A DNA stretch of 63,900 bases, filler included, from Nitrospinota bacterium (GTDB lineage: Bacteria; JAUXIQ01): NCBI GenBank assembly GCA_030620925.1. It is 11 parts of 11 records of this genome, joined end to end, with 100 filler letters (N's around TTAATTAATTAA, not from the genome) between each part and the next. Parts side by side here need not be neighbours in the genome. Positions count along the whole stretch, not along the records: positions 4,633 to 12,847 come from JAUXIQ010000073.1; positions 12,948 to 15,982 come from JAUXIQ010000371.1; positions 16,083 to 19,263 come from JAUXIQ010000352.1; positions 19,364 to 23,440 come from JAUXIQ010000257.1; 7 more parts are not named here. One strand, written 5' to 3'. Below the pieces are notes generated by a model, which was not told where the DNA came from, searched no databases, and saw only the letters and a program-made list of their open reading frames with translations. The translations under genes were made by a program, and so were the position numbers. Within the stretch, counting starts at the first letter, position 1. Each line of letters opens with the position of its first letter. Below, in pieces: positions 12,064-20,752 of this stretch.

Positions 12064-12723
12064 ATGGGTGACTACTATACTGCTGAAGGCGGAAAGAACA
12101 TCATGAAGTTGAGGGACGCCAGCCCTGAGCTGTTCCAGGAGCTGAACAAGGTCAACGAAAAGGTTTTCGCGCCGGGAGCGCTTTCCACCAAAGATAAAGA
12201 GCTGATCGCCGTGGGCACGGCCCATACCACCTGCTGCCCCTGGTGCATCGACATACACGTCAAAGGTGCCAAAAAAGCGGGAGCCACCAAAGAGGAAGTG
12301 GCGGAATCCATTTTCGTGGGAATCGCGCTGGCGGGAGGGGCCGCTTTCGCTCACTCCTCCATCGATATGAAGTCTCTGGAACAGGGCGGCAGCAAAGACC
12401 CCCACCATTACCCCACGGAGGGGGTACGGGAAAATTATATGAAGCTGGGTTCCCTTAAGCCGGAAGCGGCGAAGGCTTTCGGCAGTTTCGATAAAAAGGT
12501 CTTCTCGGAAGGTGTGCTGCCCGTCAAGACCAAGGAGCTGATAGCAGTAGCGGTAACCAAGGTCACCCAGTGCCCTTACTGCATCGAGGCGCATACCCTG
12601 AGAGCATCAAAAGCGGGTGCCACTGAAGAGGAGATCGCCGAGGCGATTTTCGTGGGTATCGGACTGGCAGCGGGCCGCTCCTACGCCCACGCCTCCATCG
12701 GCATGGCCGCCTACGACGAGTAA
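12064..12723 (+). CDS. Carboxymuconolactone decarboxylase/AhpD family protein, two tandem domains
   Basis: Two repeats of KELIAV...CPxCI.xH...AGATxEExAE.IFVGI. Confidence 0.9.
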   Translation: MGDYYTAEGGKNIMKLRDASPELFQELNKVNEKVFAPGALSTKDKELIAVGTAHTTCCPWCIDIHVKGAKKAGATKEEVAESIFVGIALAGGAAFAHSSIDMKSLEQGGSKDPHHYPTEGVRENYMKLGSLKPEAAKAFGSFDKKVFSEGVLPVKTKELIAVAVTKVTQCPYCIEAHTLRASKAGATEEEIAEAIFVGIGLAAGRSYAHASIGMAAYDE

Positions 12724-12739
12724 TTTAGAAAACCTGGTT

Positions 12740-12847
12740 GGGGGAAACCCTTCTGAAGAAGGGTTATCCCCCAAACCCCTTTCCCAAGACTTTTGTGAAT
12801 AGACATTCGTAAAAGTTTTTGGAGGGAGTTTGAGGGAACCTTTTTAC
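12740..12847. repeat. GGGGGAAACCCTT...AAGGGTT..CCCCC palindromic repeat family
   Basis: Nested palindromes; a related copy lies at 22000-22034. Confidence 0.6.
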
Positions 12848-12949
12848 NNNNNNNNNNNNNNNNNNNNNNNNNNNNNNNNNNNNNNNNNNNNTTAATTAAT
12901 TAANNNNNNNNNNNNNNNNNNNNNNNNNNNNNNNNNNNNNNNNNNNNAA

Positions 12950-13396
12950 TGGTCCCGCGATATAGTTCCGTCTCCTAAAAGGGCTTTATTGGCCGGTGAA
13001 GATACCAGTGCCGCAAAACTCGTAGGGCGAGAAATTAAAGTCAACCGGACAAATACAGCGGGTTTGCTGGAAGTCGATTATAGATGGGATTTTGAAGAAG
13101 ACCCTCCCTCCATGGGCCTGTTTGATCTTATTCTCAGTTATGCAATACTGGAGCACCTTCTGGACCCATATAAACATGTGAGTGATCTGGCGGGTCTATT
13201 GTCCCCTGACGGGTTTCTGATAGTGCATACCGTGTGCCTCGGATTTGATTATCATCGATATCCTATCGATGCGTGTCGGTTTTACCCGGACTGGTTCGAG
13301 GAAATAGCTAAAAAGTTGCGCTTAGCCATAGTTAAAAAAAGGATTAAGGACTCTCACATTTTTTATATGTATCAGAAAACGGATGAGGCCTCGTAA
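12950..13396 (+). CDS. Class I SAM-dependent methyltransferase domain protein (5' truncated)
   Basis: FDLILSYAILEHLLDP...LLSPDG, YHRYPIDACRF; frame open to the contig edge. Confidence 0.75.
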   Translation, partial: WSRDIVPSPKRALLAGEDTSAAKLVGREIKVNRTNTAGLLEVDYRWDFEEDPPSMGLFDLILSYAILEHLLDPYKHVSDLAGLLSPDGFLIVHTVCLGFDYHRYPIDACRFYPDWFEEIAKKLRLAIVKKRIKDSHIFYMYQKTDEAS

Positions 13397-13454
13397 GAGA
13401 AAAAGGGTAAAAGAACCCCTTGACGAGCCGTGATGTTCGTTTTGCTGTTCCGCC

Positions 13455-15110
13455 TCAGAAGGGGCAGTCGATGGTGTGCATGATGTCGTAGGGGTAGCCG
13501 TAGGCCATGCGGATGAACCCTGCGATTTCCCCCGAGGTGGCGCCGGCTTGAAGCGCACTTAAGACCTGTTCGGTGAGGTTGACGTCTTCCCTGGAGGCGG
13601 CTTCCCCTAATTTATTCAGCTCCCGTTTAACCGATTCACTGTGGCGAGAGCTGCGGAGCTCGCGCAGGTTGTCCAGGTGTCTCTCCACCTCGCCCTCAGG
13701 AAGCTGGAAGGACTCCACGGGCTGGCCCTCGTCCGATTCGTCGTTGTATGCGTTGACTCCCACGATGACCCGTTCCCCGTTCTCTACCTTCTGCTGCTGC
13801 TGGAAGGAGAGCTGCCGGAGCCTGTCTTCTATCCACCCGCTGCACATGGCCTTTAATTGCCCATCCTGCTCCTCGACCTGTTTTATGATTTCGCGGGCCT
13901 TCTCTTCGAGCTTATCGGTCAGCTCTTCGATGTAGTAAGACCCTCCCAGGGGATCGACAACGTTGGTGACCCCGCTCTCGTGTGCGATGATCTGCTGGGT
14001 GCGCAGCGCCAGGCGCTGGGCTTCGGCGGTGGGGATGTCTATGCCTTCATCATAGGAGCAGGTCTGTAGGGACTGCGTGCCGCCTATGACCGCGGCCAGG
14101 GCCTCGACGGCAACGCGCACCACGTTGTTCAGCGGCTGCTGGTGCTGGAGGGATTCTCCGGCGGTATTGGTGTGGTATTTGAGCCGGCCCAGGCGGGGGT
14201 CTTCAGCGCCGTACTTTTCCCTGATGATGCCGGCCCATACCCGGCGGGCGGCGCGGAACTTGGCTATCTCCTCGAAAAAATCCATCCCGCAGGAGTAGGT
14301 AAAGCTGAATCGCGGAGCTATCTGCTCTATGCTCAAACCTCGCTCCAGCAGTATGTCTATATAAGCTTGCGCTTCGGTGAAGCTGATGGCTATTTCGTGT
14401 GCGGCATCGCCGCCGCTCTCCCGCGTGGCGTAGCCGTTTACGTTTATGGGGTTCCATAAGGGCAGATTCCTGTAGGCATACTCGTTGTGGTCCATGTAAA
14501 GGCGGAGGCGCCAGGGAATCTCCTGATAGTAGAGGGCGCGGGGGCCGTAAACGCATCCCGCCAGGCCCGGGGTGTTGATGGAAGTCCCCCTGAGAGACTC
14601 CAAGGGTATGCCCTTCTGACGCGCCACCCCCACGTAGGCGGGAAGGCTGATAACGGCGTTGAAGGTAAGCATGAAGCTGACCTTATCCATGGGGATACCT
14701 TCGGTGAGGGCCTCCATGTCCCGGTAGGAGCATACGGGCACGCCCTGGGCACCCACCACGCCTTCTGCAAGGGGGTGATCGGAATCGATGCAGACGTTGG
14801 TGGGGAAATCGCCGATGGCGTTCAACGCCGAAGCTCCTTCCTGCACCAGTGCCTTGAGGCGCAGGTTGGTGGCTTCCGGTGAGGCATAGCCGCAAATTTC
14901 CCGCTTGCTCCAGTAGCGCCCCTGGAACATATCGGCGTAGACGCCGCGGGTATAGGGGTAGCTGCCCGGATCGCCCAGCTTCTGATTGTAATCGGGCGGC
15001 GGCGCATTTTCGGGGGTGTAGACTTTTTTGAGCGGTATGCCGGAAAGGGTGGTATTCCCTTCCGTCCTGGCGAAGTATGCCTCGTCGATCTTATCGATTT
15101 TTTGTCCCAT
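13455..15110 (-). CDS. Adenosylcobalamin-dependent acyl-CoA mutase, large (substrate-binding) subunit, divergent
   Basis: PGSYPYTRG, FFEEIAKFRAARR, LALRTQQIIAHESG, DPLGGSYY, VGVN; no fused B12-binding domain. Confidence 0.9.
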   Translation of the reverse strand: MGQKIDKIDEAYFARTEGNTTLSGIPLKKVYTPENAPPPDYNQKLGDPGSYPYTRGVYADMFQGRYWSKREICGYASPEATNLRLKALVQEGASALNAIGDFPTNVCIDSDHPLAEGVVGAQGVPVCSYRDMEALTEGIPMDKVSFMLTFNAVISLPAYVGVARQKGIPLESLRGTSINTPGLAGCVYGPRALYYQEIPWRLRLYMDHNEYAYRNLPLWNPINVNGYATRESGGDAAHEIAISFTEAQAYIDILLERGLSIEQIAPRFSFTYSCGMDFFEEIAKFRAARRVWAGIIREKYGAEDPRLGRLKYHTNTAGESLQHQQPLNNVVRVAVEALAAVIGGTQSLQTCSYDEGIDIPTAEAQRLALRTQQIIAHESGVTNVVDPLGGSYYIEELTDKLEEKAREIIKQVEEQDGQLKAMCSGWIEDRLRQLSFQQQQKVENGERVIVGVNAYNDESDEGQPVESFQLPEGEVERHLDNLRELRSSRHSESVKRELNKLGEAASREDVNLTEQVLSALQAGATSGEIAGFIRMAYGYPYDIMHTIDCPF

Positions 15111-15178
15111 GCTCCCTCTCCATGGATTGAAGCAAGAAAATGAGTCCTTTATCCGTTGGCCGAACCGGGCCGATTTTT

Positions 15179-15982
15179 TTAGAACGGGTAATCCAGCACT
15201 TCGAAAACGTCGTAAGTGTCTCCGTGGGCCATGCGTACCGCCCCCGTGGCCTCACCGGCCGTGGCGCCTGCTTTTGCGGCGTCCATATAGTATTCGGTGA
15301 GGTTCTCGCCGGTGCGGCCTGCGGCTTCGCCCAGGCGTTCCACCTGGCGTTTCACCTCTTTTTCGTCTCGCGTCTCGCGCAGCTTTCGCAGGCTTTCCAG
15401 GTGGTGTTCGACTTCATCCATGGGAACCTGGAAAGGCTCAATGGGTCGCTCCTCTTCCGGCTCGTCGTTGTAAGCGTTAGTGCCCACCAGTATGCGCTCG
15501 CCGCTCTCTATATCGCGCTGCACCTTGAGCGAAACTTCCCTCACCTTCTGCGATACCCAGCCCTTCTGGATGGCGGGGATGTAGCCGCCCTTTTCATCTA
15601 TGGTAGCAATGAACTCGCGCATATCTTCTTCGAGCTTGTCGGTGAGGTTTTCGATGAAGTAGGAGCCGCCCAGGGGGTCCACCACGTTGGTGATTCCGCT
15701 CTCGTGGGCGATGATCTGCTGGGTGCGCAGCGCCAGGCGCTGGGCATCCGGAGTGGGGATGTCTATGCCTTCATCGTAGGAGCAGGTCTGAAGGGATTGG
15801 GTGCCTCCGATGACGGCAGCCAGGGCTTCTATGGCCACTCGGATGACGTTGTTCATGGGCTGGGCGTGCTGAAGCGATTCGCCCGCAGTGTTGGTGTGGT
15901 ATTTAAGCCTGTAGCTTTTTTCTTCCTTGGGGTTGTAACGTTCCTTTATCAGGTTGGCCCATAACCGGCGGGCGGCGCGGAA
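15179..15982 (-). CDS. Second acyl-CoA mutase large subunit paralogue (5' truncated)
   Basis: Frame open to the contig edge: FRAARRLWA...KYHTNTAGESLQ...GGTQSLQTCSYDEG...DPLGGSY. Confidence 0.88.
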   Translation of the reverse strand, partial: FRAARRLWANLIKERYNPKEEKSYRLKYHTNTAGESLQHAQPMNNVIRVAIEALAAVIGGTQSLQTCSYDEGIDIPTPDAQRLALRTQQIIAHESGITNVVDPLGGSYFIENLTDKLEEDMREFIATIDEKGGYIPAIQKGWVSQKVREVSLKVQRDIESGERILVGTNAYNDEPEEERPIEPFQVPMDEVEHHLESLRKLRETRDEKEVKRQVERLGEAAGRTGENLTEYYMDAAKAGATAGEATGAVRMAHGDTYDVFEVLDYPF

Positions 15983-16225
15983 NNNNNNNNNNNNNNNNNN
16001 NNNNNNNNNNNNNNNNNNNNNNNNNNTTAATTAATTAANNNNNNNNNNNNNNNNNNNNNNNNNNNNNNNNNNNNNNNNNNNNCTATGAACGTCTTTTATG
16101 AAGGTTCGCAAAGTATCCCCGCAACACAATAGATCGCAAGTGCAGCATCCTGCCGCGATTATACCCTTCAAATAACTTATGATTCAGTGGGTTCACTCCA
16201 ACCTTGTGTTTGCCCTGATTTGCCT

Positions 16226-16253
16226 GTAGAGACAATTCATGAATTGTCTCTAC
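16226..16253. repeat. GTAG-type REP palindrome, copy 2
   Basis: Identical to 4340-4367. Confidence 0.85.
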
Positions 16254-16300
16254 GAGTAGTTGTGTTTCCCCTATGAATGAGTTTTCACGTATATTTCAAA

Positions 16301-16525
16301 TCGCGCCTGTCCCGCGTACCACGGGACTACGGAATTAAATTTTGTAAGAGTGGCAACCCGCGGCGCGCGGGACGCCCCTGCACCACCTAATGTCATTCTG
16401 AACGTAGTTCCGCGGTACGCGGGACTCAGAATGACCGTTTTTACGGGTGCTGAACATCCGCTGCTTTTCGCAGACCGCCCATTATACCCTTCACTGTAGT
16501 CCCGCGGTACGCGGGACAGGCGCGA
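16301..16525. repeat. REPIN/MITE-like unit bounded by 30-bp inverted repeats
   Basis: 16301-16330 is the reverse complement of 16496-16525 (29/30); internal GTCATTCTGA...TCAGAATGAC hairpin. Confidence 0.7.
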
Positions 16526-16661
16526 CCACTCCTGATGTGCAGCTTCATGCACCCTTTCTGGGGTAGAATAAGATTGCCTGGCCCTTCCAACTTGTTTATA
16601 ATCGACAGTGCGATAAATTCTGCAAGGACGCTAATATCACACATAAAGAAATGACAGCAGG

Positions 16662-17534
16662 ATGAAAAAAATAGGAATAATATGCAAACCACGGCCGCAG
16701 GAAGCCGAAGGAGTCTTGAAGGAACTTCACAAATGGCTTCTTGACCAGGGGCTCGAAGTTCTCATGGACAATGAAACAGCCCTTATGGCCGGTACGGAAT
16801 CGGATTACCAGAGGGTGCATCTGCCGCCCATTTGCGACCTGATAATAGTCCTCGGCGGTGACGGGACACTGCTCAGCGTCTCGCGACTGGTCTACGATTA
16901 CGACGTCCCCATCCTGGGCGTGAACCTGGGCGGCCTCGGTTTTCTTACCGAAGTCACCCTCGATAATCTATACCCCACACTGAAAAACGTGCTGGCTGAA
17001 GACTTCGAGCTGAACGAGCGGCAACTGTTCGACACTCATATACATCGCAAAGGGGAGAGAATAGCGGAATACTCTGTGGTCAACGACGTGGTGATAAACA
17101 AAGGTGCACTGGCCAGGATAATAGACCTGGAGACCTTCGTAGACGGCAAATACGTAACCACCTATCGCGCCGACGGGCTGATCATTTCCACACCCACCGG
17201 CTCAACGGCATATTCCCTGGCCGCCGGCGGCCCCATCCTATACCCCACCAGGAGAGCCATGATACTTACCCCCATCTGCCCCTTCACCCTCACCAACCGA
17301 CCCATCGTCCTACCCGATGACGTCAAGGTGGAGGTAGTGCTGGCTACGGAAAATGAAGACGTACTGGCCACCATGGACGGCCAGCTGGGTTTCTCCCTGG
17401 AATGCGGGGATATAGTGGAAATCCGCACCAACAATAAAAAGATAAAACTGATTCAACCCATAGACAAAGATTATTATCAGCTTCTGAGAACCAAGCTCAA
17501 GTGGGGAGAACAGCCCCCCATCCGTAAACCCTGA
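16662..17534 (+). CDS. nadK: NAD(+) kinase
   Basis: LGGDGTLL, GVNLGGLGFL, ND, DGLIISTPTGSTAYSLAAGGP. Confidence 0.96.
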   Translation: MKKIGIICKPRPQEAEGVLKELHKWLLDQGLEVLMDNETALMAGTESDYQRVHLPPICDLIIVLGGDGTLLSVSRLVYDYDVPILGVNLGGLGFLTEVTLDNLYPTLKNVLAEDFELNERQLFDTHIHRKGERIAEYSVVNDVVINKGALARIIDLETFVDGKYVTTYRADGLIISTPTGSTAYSLAAGGPILYPTRRAMILTPICPFTLTNRPIVLPDDVKVEVVLATENEDVLATMDGQLGFSLECGDIVEIRTNNKKIKLIQPIDKDYYQLLRTKLKWGEQPPIRKP

Positions 17535-17602
17535 CTGTGAGCCTTCGCTATGCCAGAGTCAGTCGTTCCTCCTCCTGTTACTTCTTCTCGACGGGTCTCA
17601 CC

Positions 17603-19263
17603 ATGCTTAGAGAACTGCACATAAAGAACATGGCAATAATCGAGGACCTGAGGGTGGAGCTCAGCGAAGGGTTCAACGTCCTCACCGGGGAGACGGGCGC
17701 GGGTAAATCGATAATAGTGGGAGCGTTGGGTCTCTGCCTGGGCGATAAATTCTCCTCCCAGGACGTCCGAAGCGGCGCTCAGGAAGGGTGCGTAGAAGCC
17801 GTATTCTCCCTGTCACCGGAAGCTGAAGCGCTGCGAATGGCATCCGAACAGGGCATACCCGTGGAGGGAAGAGAGCTTTTCATCCGCAGGACATTCACCG
17901 ACGCCGGCAGAAGCCGGGCCTACGTCAACGGCAGCCCCTTACCCGTCGCCGCCCTTAAATCCCTGGGAGAAACCCTCCTGGATATCCACGGCCAGCATCA
18001 GCACCAGCAGCTCCTTCACCAGGAACACCACCTCGACATCCTGGATGCTTACGGCCAACTGCTGGTCCCGCGCGCTGTCCTCGAAGAGGGTTACGCCAGG
18101 CTACAGGAAGTCCAGAACAGGCTGGAAGAGCTGCGGGAAACGGATCGGGAGCGATACCGGCTTCAAGACCTCCTCAACTACCAGGCGCGGGAGATAGAAG
18201 CGGCCGGTCTCACGCCCGGCGAAGATGTGGAGTTGGAGCAGGAGCTGATAATGCTTCAAAACGCGGAAAAACTTTATGAAGCCGCCTCCCTCGCCTATTC
18301 GCTGCTTTACGAATCGGAGGGTTCAGCCGGTGAGCATATAGCCAAAGCGTTATCCCATGCGGAAGAAATCACGGGGCTGGACACCCGGATGAGCGAGCTG
18401 TCCGAAGAACTGTCGGCGGCCATGCACCAGTTGCAGGACATAGCCGAGCGGCTCAGAAGCTACCGGGATAAAATCAGCTTCGATCCCGCCCGCCTTACCC
18501 AGGCGGAAGACAGACTACAACAGATAAAAGACCTCAAAAAAAAATACGGGCAGACCATCGAAGAAATCATGGCCTTCAGGGAAGACGCCCTCTCCCGGTT
18601 AACCGACCTGGAGGGTTGCAGCGAAGAAATAGAAAAACTGGAGGGTGAGTCGGCCGAGCTGCGGAGTGAGCTAAGCGCTCAGTCGCTGGAGCTCTCAGAA
18701 AAAAGAAGTGAGGCCGCCCGCAGGCTCGAGGAGGAGGCCGCTTCGGAGCTTTCACAGCTCAAAATGGACGGAACCCTTCTCAACATAAGCCTCCAGCAGG
18801 TGCCCGATCAGGAAGGTTTCGTGGAATACGAAGGCGATACGGTGCGCTTATACCCCTGGGGAATCGATCAGGCGGAGTTCCTCTTTTCCGCAAATCCCGG
18901 CGAAGAGCCCAAGCCGCTCGCAAGAATAGCCTCAGGCGGGGAGATTGCCCGGGTGATGCTGGCCCTGAAGAGCATCCTGGCCGAAGTGGACAGAGTGCCG
19001 GCGCTGGTTTTCGACGAGGTAGACGCGGGCATCGGAGGAAGCGCGGCCGAGGTAGTTGGCATAAAGCTCGAAGCGGTGTCCCGAAAGCGGCAGGTCTTCT
19101 GCGTAACCCACCTCCCCCAGATCGCGGCCACGGCGGGACATCACTACCGCGTGGAAAAGGTATCCAGCAAGGGCAGGAACGTCACCACCGTCAGGAAGCT
19201 ATCCGACCAGGAACGCCTGGAGGAGATCGCCCGTATGTCGGGCGGCAAGAAGATTACCCAGGC
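17603..19263 (+). CDS. recN: DNA repair protein RecN (3' truncated)
   Basis: LTGETGAGKS Walker A, ASGGE, FDEVDAG, VTHLPQ; follows nadK. Confidence 0.96.
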
Positions 19264-19363
19264 NNNNNNNNNNNNNNNNNNNNNNNNNNNNNNNNNNNNN
19301 NNNNNNNTTAATTAATTAANNNNNNNNNNNNNNNNNNNNNNNNNNNNNNNNNNNNNNNNNNNN

Positions 19364-19566
19364 ATGAAACCGGGTATATCTATCTCCACCGGGCAACCGG
19401 AAATGCAGGGTTTGTTCTTGCACTGGATGCACCGCTCCGCTTCCTTCAGCGCCTGCTCCTCAGTAAAACCCAGGGCCACCTCGTTGAAATTTTTGGAACG
19501 CTCCGCGGGTTTCTGCTTGGGCATATCCTGTCTGGGGATAAGCATGCGTTCCTTTTTATCCATCAT
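19364..19566 (-). CDS. nfnB: NfnB/SudA (GltD-like) N-terminal fragment
   Basis: RSKNFNEVALG, EAERCIQC...CISGCPV; downstream of nfnA. Confidence 0.85.
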
Positions 19567-19571
19567 GTTAC

Positions 19572-20429
19572 TTATTTCTCCAATTTGCACTCATGGTCCG
19601 TTTGATCGATCATGAGGTCATACTCATGCAAGGCTACGGCTTCCTCCTGATTGTAAGCCCCGAGTCGGCGTGCAAGCTCATCGAAGTCCACCTGGTGGCC
19701 GTCAAACTCAGGCCCGTCCACACAGGCGAAATGAATTTCATCACCCACCGTCACCCGGCAGCCTCCGCACATACCCGTTCCATCCACCATTATGGGATTG
19801 AGGCTCACAACCGTCTTGACACTGTATCGCTCTGTTACCTCACAGCAGGCTTTCATCATGGGCAGAGGCCCGATGGCTACCACGATGTCAACGTGTTCGC
19901 TTTTCAGGACATTCTCCAGGGATTCGGTTACAAACCCCTTGCTGCCGTAACTGCCATCGTCGGTGCAGACGATGGTGCGGTCGCTTATGGCCTGCATCTC
20001 TTCCTCCATAAGTACCAGCTCTTTGGTGCGGGCCCCTATGATGGAGATAACCGTATTACCCGCCTCTTTCAATGCCTGGGCGATGGGCTGAATGGGAGCC
20101 CGGCCTATACCTCCACCCACACAGACCGCCACTCCATAGTTCTCAATTTGGGTGGGCTGTCCCAGGGGGCCTATCAGGTCCTGAATAACATCGCCCTTCT
20201 CCAACTGGCCGAGCTGTATGGTGGTCTTCCCCACCTCCTGAATGATGAGCCTTATTATACCCTTCTCCTGGTCCTTGGCCGCCACGGTGATGGGAATCCT
20301 CTCGCCGTGCTCGTCTATGCGAAGAAGGACGAACTGCCCTGCTTTGTGCTTAGCCGCTATCTCCGGTGCCTCCAGCTCTATCATTATCACGTTGGAGGCC
20401 AACCTCTTCCTGGTTATTATACGATACAA
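19572..20429 (-). CDS. nfnA: NfnA/SudB, PyrK-like FAD/[2Fe-2S] subunit of the electron-bifurcating transhydrogenase
   Basis: AGQFV, GERIP, MVDGTGMCGGCRV...CVDGPEF. Confidence 0.9.
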   Translation of the reverse strand: MYRIITRKRLASNVIMIELEAPEIAAKHKAGQFVLLRIDEHGERIPITVAAKDQEKGIIRLIIQEVGKTTIQLGQLEKGDVIQDLIGPLGQPTQIENYGVAVCVGGGIGRAPIQPIAQALKEAGNTVISIIGARTKELVLMEEEMQAISDRTIVCTDDGSYGSKGFVTESLENVLKSEHVDIVVAIGPLPMMKACCEVTERYSVKTVVSLNPIMVDGTGMCGGCRVTVGDEIHFACVDGPEFDGHQVDFDELARRLGAYNQEEAVALHEYDLMIDQTDHECKLEK

Positions 20430-20752
20430 GTATCCCTTTTCCTATTTACCTGAGATTCAATTAACAAGACGGTGCTGGAGACCTGTTTTACCCGACCCTT
20501 GTATTAATACATCGACACAATAACAGTCAGGGTAAACACCTGCACGAAAACAGAGACCGTCGATTGAACGTTTATCCTCAATGTTTTAATATAGCTCGCG
20601 ATCTCCGATTGTGTATCTTTTTAGACCTCCGCTCGTCATGGGCAGGTATTTCAAACTGCAGCGGGCTAAGCGGGAGCCGCCCTCACTAAAAAAAAGCGGC
20701 CCTCTTCGTTATGCCCTCAACCTTAAGAACAGGATTCCGTGCAGACACTCCT

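Noticed and set aside
11042-15982. Crotonase, AhpD, methyltransferase and mutases as one gene cluster
   Set aside because: They are separated by an artificial linker at 12848-12947, so physical linkage is unsupported.
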